In this document: piece after piece, positions 17,651-24,657 of the stretch | Layout: each line of letters starts with the position of its first letter | How positions within the stretch are numbered: the first letter of the stretch is position 1 | Notes under the pieces: model-generated | Databases searched by the model: none | What the model saw: the letters and a program-made list of their open reading frames with translations, nothing else | Told to the model about the DNA's origin: nothing | Program-made: the position numbers and the translations under genes | IMG/VR virus record: IMGVR_UViG_3300017760_003812 | Span: 1 to 24,769 of that record | Length of the DNA: 24,769 nt | DNA from: a virus | Lineage: Duplodnaviria; Caudoviricetes | Direction: 5' to 3' (one strand)

Positions 17651-18507
17651 AGATATTAGTAACGGGAGGAGCTGGATTTGTAGGAACTAACCTTGTTAAA
17701 AGGTTATTAAAAGATAAACACGAAGTAGTATCAATAGATAATTATAATACTGGTTTAAAATCTAACCATCAAGAAGGATGTAAATACAGAAACTTTGATA
17801 TAATAAATTTTAATACTAATAGTTTTATTGATCCTGTACTTTCTTATAAACCAGATTTAATATTTCATTTAGCAGCAATAGCTAGAATACAACCGTCATT
17901 TCAAAATCCTCAACAATATATAAATACTAATTTTCAAGGTACATACGAAATAGTAAAATACTGTACAGAAAAAAACATACCTTTAATATATGCAGGTTCG
18001 TCTTCAAAACATAGTGGGAGATACAAAAACCCATATACTTTTAGTAAAGATTTAGGAGAAGATATAATTGAATTATATAAAATACATTATGGTTTAAAAG
18101 CTTCAATAACTCGTTTTTATAATGTTTATGGTCCATATCAATTAACAGAAGGTGGTTACACTACTTTAATTGGTAGGTGGTTAAATAACATTAAAAATTC
18201 AATACAATGTGAAATTTATGGTGATGGAGAACAACGAAGAGATTTTACCCATGTAGATGATATTATAGATGCTTTAATTTTAATTATGGAAAAGAAAAAA
18301 TATGGGTTGGAATTCGAACTTGGAAGAGGTAAAAATCATTCGGTAAATGAAGTTGCAAAGATGATGGATATAAATCCTATATATAAAGATGCAAAACCTG
18401 GAGAAGCAAGACATACTCTAAACACAGATAATAGAGCCTATGAAATATTAAACTGGGAGCCAAAAATAAATTTAGAAGATTATTTAAAAAATTTAAAAAA
18501 TGGATAA
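17647..18507 (+). CDS. NAD-dependent nucleotide-sugar epimerase/dehydratase (extended SDR)
   Basis: ILVTGGAGFVG, FHLAA, AGSSS, YTFSK (YxxxK), RFYNVYGP, GDGEQRRDFTHVDD; start at the ATGA overlap 17647. Confidence 0.92.
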   Translation: MKILVTGGAGFVGTNLVKRLLKDKHEVVSIDNYNTGLKSNHQEGCKYRNFDIINFNTNSFIDPVLSYKPDLIFHLAAIARIQPSFQNPQQYINTNFQGTYEIVKYCTEKNIPLIYAGSSSKHSGRYKNPYTFSKDLGEDIIELYKIHYGLKASITRFYNVYGPYQLTEGGYTTLIGRWLNNIKNSIQCEIYGDGEQRRDFTHVDDIIDALILIMEKKKYGLEFELGRGKNHSVNEVAKMMDINPIYKDAKPGEARHTLNTDNRAYEILNWEPKINLEDYLKNLKNG

Positions 18508-19570
18508 AAAAATTACATTTGTAATACCAAGTAGAAACAATTTAGAGTTCTTACAATTAGCATATAAATCAATTAGAAATTTAGAAACACAACATGAAAT
18601 ATTAGTATTAAATGATGCTAGTACTGATGGAACACAAGAATGGATTAACAATTTAGGCGATAAAGATTTAATAGTCCACCATAACCCAGGACCAGATCGT
18701 ATTGGTATAGTAGGTATGTTTGATAAAGGAATTGAAATGGCAAGAACAGAAATTATAATGGCTTTTCATTCAGATATGGTAGCAGCACCTGACTTAGATA
18801 AACATATTTTAAAACATCTTAAAAGAGGTACTGTTGTAAGTGCAACACGTGTAGAACCTCCATTACATCCAGATGGACCTGAAAAAATGTTAGTTGATTT
18901 TGGAGTTGAAGTTGAAGATTTTGATATAGATAAATTTAATAATTGGGTTAATAACGAATATAAACCTAAACATGGTACATTAGTTACTGAAGGTATATTT
19001 GCACCTTGGTGTATGTATAGAGAAGATTTTTTAGCTATAGGGGGACATGATGAATTATTTGCCCCACAAAGTAAAGAAGATAGTGATATATTTAATCGTT
19101 TTATTTTAAAGGGTTATAAAATATTACAAACATGGGAAGGTTTAGTTTATCATTTTACAAGTAGAGGAAGTAGATTTAATAAACATGCTGGAGGAGGCCC
19201 AGGTCAAAACTCTCAAGAATGGATAAATACTACTACTACTAATATGAAAAAATTCATAAAAAAATGGGGTACAACAGTACAACATGACCAATTTATGAAA
19301 CCAATAATATCTCCTGTTTATAAAAGAAGTTTTAATATTATAAATTCCAATCCCCAGATTGAAGAAGCATTAGAACCTTGGTCTAATGGTGGAAAAGATA
19401 TTATTATTACAGTTGATGGTAATAATTTTACTCAACAAGATTTTCAAATATTAACACAATTAAATGATATTATTAAAGATAGTGGTGAAATAGGAGAATT
19501 TGAATTAGGTAATTTAAAAATATCAATAAATAAAATTAAAGATTATGTTAATGAGTTAATTAATGTGTAA
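18500..19570 (+). CDS. Glycosyltransferase family 2 (GT-A)
   Basis: ITFVIPSRN, VLNDASTDGT, FHSDM, IGGHDELF, EDSD, VYHF. Confidence 0.9.
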   Translation: MDKKITFVIPSRNNLEFLQLAYKSIRNLETQHEILVLNDASTDGTQEWINNLGDKDLIVHHNPGPDRIGIVGMFDKGIEMARTEIIMAFHSDMVAAPDLDKHILKHLKRGTVVSATRVEPPLHPDGPEKMLVDFGVEVEDFDIDKFNNWVNNEYKPKHGTLVTEGIFAPWCMYREDFLAIGGHDELFAPQSKEDSDIFNRFILKGYKILQTWEGLVYHFTSRGSRFNKHAGGGPGQNSQEWINTTTTNMKKFIKKWGTTVQHDQFMKPIISPVYKRSFNIINSNPQIEEALEPWSNGGKDIIITVDGNNFTQQDFQILTQLNDIIKDSGEIGEFELGNLKISINKIKDYVNELINV

Positions 19571-19603
19571 TATTTATAACCATTACCACTAAAACTTATT
19601 ACT

Positions 19604-19921
19604 ATGGAGAAAGAAATTAAAAAGAAAAAAATTACAAGTATTGAAATAAGTTATAGTAATAAAAGAGAATTAAAAGAATTATCAAATAAAGAAGCATTTC
19701 GTAACATTATAATGAGAAATTCTTTTAAAGCAATTAAGGAAGCAATTAAAAATGATAAAACAACAGTAGAACTATTTAATATAGTAAATTTATCTGTAAT
19801 AATAAAACTATCATATTTGTACTACCCATCAGCATTAAAAAAGATAAGTAATTATTTTGAAGAATATGAAGAATATGAAAAATGTGCTGAAATAAAACAA
19901 CTAATAAATAAAATAAAATAA
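19604..19921 (+). CDS. Hypothetical protein with C-terminal UVR-like helical motif
   Basis: 105 aa; YFEEYEEYEKCAEIKQL resembles a UVR hairpin motif. Confidence 0.65.
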   Translation: MEKEIKKKKITSIEISYSNKRELKELSNKEAFRNIIMRNSFKAIKEAIKNDKTTVELFNIVNLSVIIKLSYLYYPSALKKISNYFEEYEEYEKCAEIKQLINKIK

Positions 19922-21777
19922 TGAAAAATATAAATAAATCAAAAGGTTACTTTATAGTAACTGTATTTTGGATAGCAGTACTAACCTTTTGTTCACTAAA
20001 AACCCAAGCACAAACTTTTGTAAGTACACTACCAGAAAATAAAAATGTAATACTTGAAGAATTTACAGGTATTTATTGTCAATTTTGCCCTGATGGACAT
20101 TTAATAGCACAAAATTTACATAATACTAACCCAAATGATGTATTCTTAATTAATATACACACTGGTGGTTATTCTAACCCAAATGGACCTAATGATCCTG
20201 ATTTTAACTGTTTATATGGGGGTGCTATAGCTACAAATGCTAATATAGCTGGTTACCCAGCTGGCTCAGTTAATAGAGCAATACTTTCAGGAATTACACC
20301 ACAAAATCCTGGAGGAACAGCAATGAGTAGAAGTGATTGGGCTACAGCTGCAAGTAATATTATGTCACAACCATCTTATGTAAATGTAGCTGCACAAGCA
20401 AGTTATGATATGGTAACTGGTATTTTAACAGTAAATACTGAAACTTATTATACTTCAACTACTACTAATATAAATGTGTTACACGTAGCAGTAGTACAAA
20501 ATAATGTAGCAGGTCCTCAAACAGGTGCTTTATCATATAACCCAAATGCAATAATTACAGGACCTTGGAATCCAACTTACAATCACCAACATATGTTTAG
20601 ACATTTAATGGATGGTGCTAATGGTCTAGAATTTAATGTTACAACTGCAGGTACTTTTGTACCAAATACGCATACATGGCAAATGCCTACAAATTTAGCT
20701 AGTGGTCAATCAACTAATGGATATTTTCCTGATTTAGATCCTACAAATTTAGATGTTGTAGCTTATATAGCTGAAGGACCAGGTGAAATTATTACTGGTT
20801 TTCAAGCTAGTGTAATCCCTATATTCCCAAATGCATATGATGCTAATGTAACTAATTCAACAGCTGAAGATGTTATATGTACTAGTGAAACAGACATTTC
20901 AATTACATTTAGAAATTATGGTAATCAACCTTTAACTTCATTAGATTTAACTTATGATATTAATGGTGGAACTCCTGCTGTGTACAATTGGGTTGGTAAT
21001 TTAACTTCTGGTGCTCAAGAAACAGTAACAATTACTAATGTTACTTTTATACCTCAAGCTAATAATACAGTTACTTGGTTAGCTACTAATCCTAATGGAC
21101 AAGTAGATCAAAACACAACTAATAATTATAACACATCAACATTTAAACATTTTAACTTATCTGGTGACGTAATAACAGGAATTACTGCTGGAATAATTGA
21201 TGTTTCTATTTTAACTGATGGTTATGGAAGTGAAACTACATGGGAAATTATTGATGAATTTGGACAAGTATATGGTTCTGGAGGACCATATTCAAATAAC
21301 ACTCAATATAATGAAACAGCATATGTAGCTATATTTCCTAGTTGTTTTGAATTAAAATTATATGATTCATATGGTGATGGAATGTGCTGTGCAAACGGAG
21401 TAGGTTCAGTGTTAGTAACTGATCAAAATAATAATGTTATATTTGAAGGTGATCCTGTTAATTTACAAAATTTTTCTGAAATTAATATTTATTTTGAAAC
21501 AGGTGCTGGAAGTAGTAATTCATGGGAATGTACACCATTTGGATGTGCTGACGTAGGTATGGGTATGGGAACGTATGCTACGCAATTAGATTGTGAATCC
21601 GACACAGCTAATATAAATACACCATGTTTTGTTATAACAAGTATAAACGAAATAGAATCAAATAACACTAATAATAAAATTTATGATATATTAGGTAGAG
21701 AATATAAATCTAAGGTTGGAGAATTAAAAAATGGTTTGTATATTATTGATAACATAAAAGTAATAATTAACAAATAA
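19921..21777 (+). CDS. Omp28-related secreted protein with CXXC domain, Ig-like domain(s) and T9SS CTD-like tail
   Basis: Signal peptide ending TQA-Q; ILEEFTGIYCQFCPDG; GYP.GSVNR; Y.HQHMFR; FRNYGNQPLTSL Ig/CARDB-like region; TDGYGSETTWEI..DSYGDG module; C-terminus IYDILGR...LKNGLYII...KVII. Confidence 0.8.
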   Translation: MKNINKSKGYFIVTVFWIAVLTFCSLKTQAQTFVSTLPENKNVILEEFTGIYCQFCPDGHLIAQNLHNTNPNDVFLINIHTGGYSNPNGPNDPDFNCLYGGAIATNANIAGYPAGSVNRAILSGITPQNPGGTAMSRSDWATAASNIMSQPSYVNVAAQASYDMVTGILTVNTETYYTSTTTNINVLHVAVVQNNVAGPQTGALSYNPNAIITGPWNPTYNHQHMFRHLMDGANGLEFNVTTAGTFVPNTHTWQMPTNLASGQSTNGYFPDLDPTNLDVVAYIAEGPGEIITGFQASVIPIFPNAYDANVTNSTAEDVICTSETDISITFRNYGNQPLTSLDLTYDINGGTPAVYNWVGNLTSGAQETVTITNVTFIPQANNTVTWLATNPNGQVDQNTTNNYNTSTFKHFNLSGDVITGITAGIIDVSILTDGYGSETTWEIIDEFGQVYGSGGPYSNNTQYNETAYVAIFPSCFELKLYDSYGDGMCCANGVGSVLVTDQNNNVIFEGDPVNLQNFSEINIYFETGAGSSNSWECTPFGCADVGMGMGTYATQLDCESDTANINTPCFVITSINEIESNNTNNKIYDILGREYKSKVGELKNGLYIIDNIKVIINK

Positions 21778-21781
21778 TTAT

Positions 21782-21934
21782 ATGCAACAATATGGAATGT
21801 TCCTCATATCAGGTAAAGAATTAATAGCAAAAAAATCAGCAGATAATTTAACTTCAGCTTATAATTATTTTGCTAAATTAAAAGATATGTCTTTAGTAGA
21901 ATTTAAAAAAATATTTATTGTAACAAAATTATAA
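21782..21934 (+). CDS. Small hypothetical protein (50 aa, not in supplied ORF track)
   Basis: MQQYGMFLISGKELIAKKSADNLTSAYNYFAKLKDMSLVEFKKIFIVTKL* fills the gap between neighbours. Confidence 0.65.
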   Translation: MQQYGMFLISGKELIAKKSADNLTSAYNYFAKLKDMSLVEFKKIFIVTKL

Positions 21935-21937
21935 AAT

Positions 21938-22120
21938 ATGGAATTTCAAGGTAAAAGTAAAAAAAGTTATGAAAGTAGTATGCAAGCAATAGGATTTACT
22001 ATTATAGGAATGGTAATACTATTAATAGGATTGACTTTATTTAGTAGTTGTGCTACTACTAAGGTAGACAAATGTTGTAAAAACTCAGATGAAATTATAA
22101 AGCATTACGAGTCTAAATAA
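21938..22120 (+). CDS. Small putative lipoprotein / membrane protein
   Basis: Hydrophobic stretch IGFTIIGMVILLIGLTL followed by lipobox-like FSS-C. Confidence 0.6.
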   Translation: MEFQGKSKKSYESSMQAIGFTIIGMVILLIGLTLFSSCATTKVDKCCKNSDEIIKHYESK

Positions 22121-22122
22121 TA

Positions 22123-22524
22123 ATGGGAGAATTATTTGAAGGTGAAAGTGACATCAGGGGTTTATTCAAACAGATGTTAGGTAGTGATATTATTATAAAA
22201 GATAATATTAAAGAAAATGAAGAAAAGTTATTTATTCTATTTGTAGAACAATTAGAAAAAGCTAAAAATTTAGAAGATAAAATTACTGATTTAGGATTAG
22301 ATATTAATCCTTTAGTTAATCCTCTTTGGATAGTAATAGAAAATATGTTAAAATTACAATTTGGGTTAGATACTACTAGTCTTATAATGTTTTATTTATA
22401 TGAAAGAATAGGTCCTGATGGGAAAATTATCCCATTAGTTGAAGAGGGATCTGAAAAAGTTTTTAAGTTAAAAACCCCTAAAGATTTATTTTCGTATATA
22501 AAGTTTAGATATTCCGATAAATAA
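22123..22524 (+). CDS. Hypothetical protein
   Basis: 133 aa ORF, tightly packed. Confidence 0.75.
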   Translation: MGELFEGESDIRGLFKQMLGSDIIIKDNIKENEEKLFILFVEQLEKAKNLEDKITDLGLDINPLVNPLWIVIENMLKLQFGLDTTSLIMFYLYERIGPDGKIIPLVEEGSEKVFKLKTPKDLFSYIKFRYSDK

Positions 22525-22556
22525 TTTGGATATCTTGAATACTTTTCGTATATTTA
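22525..22556 (+). promoter_or_regulatory. Putative promoter TTTGG-N17-CGTATATTTA
   Basis: TTTGGATATCTTGAATACTTTTCGTATATTTA in the intergenic gap before orf22576. Confidence 0.75.
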
Positions 22557-22575
22557 TTTCATAAACATTACAGAT

Positions 22576-22818
22576 ATGAAAATGATAAATTGTGTTAGAT
22601 GTAGGAATGCTATGCCTGAGTTAAGATTAACAAAATTTGGGTATGATTTTTGTGTTGATTGTTCAACTGAAAAACCTAAGGTTGGTGTTTCTATAACAGT
22701 AGGTAGTGGAGACCATACAGCCAATACCATCCAGGTTATGACATCTGAACAATTTAATTCTTTAAAAAAACAAGAAGAATTAAATAAAAAAGTAAAATTC
22801 GGAGATGCCGAAAGCTAA
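22576..22818 (+). CDS. C4 zinc-finger protein (DksA/TraR-like finger)
   Basis: CVRC-x16-CVDC with MPELRL in the spacer. Confidence 0.65.
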   Translation: MKMINCVRCRNAMPELRLTKFGYDFCVDCSTEKPKVGVSITVGSGDHTANTIQVMTSEQFNSLKKQEELNKKVKFGDAES

Positions 22819-23428
22819 ACCCTTAACTAAAGAAATGATTTTAGCTGCTATGTCTCAAACTAAAAGTAATAGAGCAGCTTGTAGATATCTTAATGTAAGT
22901 TATATACATTATAAAAAATGGGCTAAATTATATGAGAGTGATACTCATGATAATTTATTTGAACAACATAAAAACCAATGTGGTAAAGGCATTCCTAAAT
23001 TTTTAAGGGGCAAAGGAAAAGAACCAGCATTAATAGATATAATTGAAGGTAGAGTTGATGCTTCATCATTTTCTCCTGATAAAATAAAATATAGATTAAT
23101 AACCGAAGGTCATTTATTAGAAGAATGTGCTGCTTGTAAATTTAAGGAACGTAGAGTATCTGATTATAAAATGCCGTTATTATTAAATTTTAAAGATAAT
23201 AATAAAAAAAATTATAGAAAAGAAAATATAGAATTACTATGTTATAATCATTATTTTTTAACCGTAGGAGATATATTTACAGATAAACAAATTAAAGGTA
23301 TTGAGGATCATAAACCTGTAAACCAAAGCACAGTTGAGTGGGAATTAGATGATTATCAACTTGAACAGTTAGAAAAATTAGGTTTAGGGAACAATAAAGA
23401 TGAAGATAATTATATATCAAGAATATAA
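22805..23428 (+). CDS. HTH + degenerate HNH-like protein
   Basis: N-terminal SNRAACRYLNVSYIHYKKWA (HTH-like); CAAC...LLLNFKDNNKKNYRKENIELLCYNH (HNH-like scaffold lacking the catalytic His). Confidence 0.65.
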   Translation: MPKAKPLTKEMILAAMSQTKSNRAACRYLNVSYIHYKKWAKLYESDTHDNLFEQHKNQCGKGIPKFLRGKGKEPALIDIIEGRVDASSFSPDKIKYRLITEGHLLEECAACKFKERRVSDYKMPLLLNFKDNNKKNYRKENIELLCYNHYFLTVGDIFTDKQIKGIEDHKPVNQSTVEWELDDYQLEQLEKLGLGNNKDEDNYISRI

Positions 23429-23601
23429 TGAAAAAGTATAAGGGTTTAAAGCATAAAAATCATAATAAAATTATTAATGATTATGATAAACAAAAAGAAA
23501 AACATCTTGAAAAATTAGCTACTAAAATGTTAAAAAATGATGAAAAATCAGAAAAATTAAAATCTAAACAAATTAAAGGAGACTTTTTAAAAAATTTTTA
23601 A
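23428..23601 (+). CDS. Small basic hypothetical protein (57 aa, not in supplied ORF track)
   Basis: TAATG coupling; MKKYKGLKHKNHNKIINDYDKQKEKHLEKLATKMLKNDEKSEKLKSKQIKGDFLKNF*. Confidence 0.65.
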   Translation: MKKYKGLKHKNHNKIINDYDKQKEKHLEKLATKMLKNDEKSEKLKSKQIKGDFLKNF

Positions 23602-23603
23602 TT

Positions 23604-24158
23604 ATGGTAATGACAAAATCAAATAATGATCAGATATATTTTATTGCTATTACTATTACATTATTACTATTAACTTTAATTTTTGTAATAAATAAGGCAT
23701 CTAATAAAGTAGATCAACTACAACATGAGTTAGATATTAATAATACGTTAATTGACAGTTTAAAACATGAAATAGACACACTAATGTGGGAACAAGAAAT
23801 GTTTGATTATAATCATAATACCTCTCATTTATTGTCAGCACTTATGTTTGTTGAATCAAGTTATGATGACTCAGCTTATAATGCTAATGAAGATGCTGTT
23901 GGGTGTTTACAGATTAGAAAATGTATGGTTAATGATGTTAATAGGATATTACGTAAACAAAAATCATTAATAAGATATTCTTACGATGATAGATGGATGA
24001 GACATAAATCAATACAAATGTTTGATATTTATTGTAAACATTATAATTTAAATACATCTGAAGAAATAGCTAGATGTTGGAATGGTGGACCTAAAGGAAT
24101 GCAGAATAAAATGACTGTAGGTTATTGGAAAAAAGTTGAAAATAGATTAGATATATGA
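23604..24158 (+). CDS. Membrane-anchored lysozyme-like protein (SLT / i-type destabilase-like)
   Basis: N-terminal TM helix, coiled coil, then ALMFVESS (catalytic Glu), AVGCLQI, IARCWNGGP.G, YWKKV. Confidence 0.75.
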   Translation: MVMTKSNNDQIYFIAITITLLLLTLIFVINKASNKVDQLQHELDINNTLIDSLKHEIDTLMWEQEMFDYNHNTSHLLSALMFVESSYDDSAYNANEDAVGCLQIRKCMVNDVNRILRKQKSLIRYSYDDRWMRHKSIQMFDIYCKHYNLNTSEEIARCWNGGPKGMQNKMTVGYWKKVENRLDI

Positions 24159-24340
24159 TGAATTCTATAGATCATTTAAGATATATATTCCATGAAATGG
24201 ATGGAGAATTAGCTTCTAGTATAGAAAAAAATTCACCTGGTGGTTTAAAAACCTTATGTCAATTATATGCTTTACAATTACAATTAGAAAAAGAAAGATA
24301 TACAACCTCAAGTAAACATATATCAGAATATCTTGCTTAA
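24155..24340 (+). CDS. Hypothetical protein
   Basis: 61 aa ORF with ATGA overlap. Confidence 0.65.
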   Translation: MMNSIDHLRYIFHEMDGELASSIEKNSPGGLKTLCQLYALQLQLEKERYTTSSKHISEYLA

Positions 24341-24367
24341 TAATATAAAGTAATAAATAATTTAATA

Positions 24368-24425
24368 ATTTATGCAAAAATATTTGGAGAAGCCAAATAT
24401 CTTTCGTATATTTACGTATAAATAA
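24368..24425 (+). promoter_or_regulatory. Palindromic promoter cassette, copy 1
   Basis: ATTTATGCAAAAATATTTGG-AGAAG-CCAAATATCTTTCGTATATTTAC; TTGG-N17-CG spacing; hairpin 24371-24410. Confidence 0.8.
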
Positions 24426-24429
24426 AGAT

Positions 24430-24558
24430 ATGAACAACGAAGAACTATATAGAAAATTACGAGCAATACAAGAATTACTTGATGAAGATGTACGTGAAGC
24501 TAAACGTGAATTAGAATATTTAATTCAAGAAGTACACGGAGTTACAAAAACAAGATAA
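24430..24558 (+). CDS. Tiny helical hypothetical protein (42 aa, not in supplied ORF track)
   Basis: MNNEELYRKLRAIQELLDEDVREAKRELEYLIQEVHGVTKTR*; sits exactly between two promoter cassettes. Confidence 0.65.
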   Translation: MNNEELYRKLRAIQELLDEDVREAKRELEYLIQEVHGVTKTR

Positions 24559-24560
24559 AG

Positions 24561-24619
24561 ATTTATGCGAAGATATTTGGTTCCCTGAAATATCTTTCGT
24601 ATATTTACCACATAAATAA
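24561..24619 (+). promoter_or_regulatory. Palindromic promoter cassette, copy 2
   Basis: ATTTATGCGAAGATATTT-GGTTCCCTG-AAATATCTTTCGTATATTTAC; imperfect direct repeat of copy 1; hairpin 24564-24603. Confidence 0.8.
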
Positions 24620-24657
24620 GGGCGTAAAGCCAAGTATAAATTAAAAAAATAAAGGTT

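Noticed and set aside
6650-19570. Ordinary bacterial O-antigen/capsule locus
   Set aside because: No flippase, polymerase, chain-length or export genes, and it is flanked by phage-type replication genes and small ORFs. A cellular origin cannot be fully excluded because no capsid or terminase gene is in this window.
22489-22500. TTTTCGTATATA inside orf22123 as another promoter
   Set aside because: No TTGG 17 nt upstream (AAAC instead); explained by the FSYI codons, and a full motif lies ~55 nt downstream.
160-24437. All minus-strand ORFs in the track (160-369, 1264-1713, 2014-2205, 2653-2970, 4658-4912, 7395-7577, 9563-9778, 10220-10411, 24216-24437)
   Set aside because: They are antisense shadows of well-supported + strand genes or promoters, with no recognisable motifs.
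24368-24619. The two palindromic repeats as a CRISPR array
   Set aside because: Only two divergent copies, ~135 nt apart with an ORF between them, and each matches the promoter motif.
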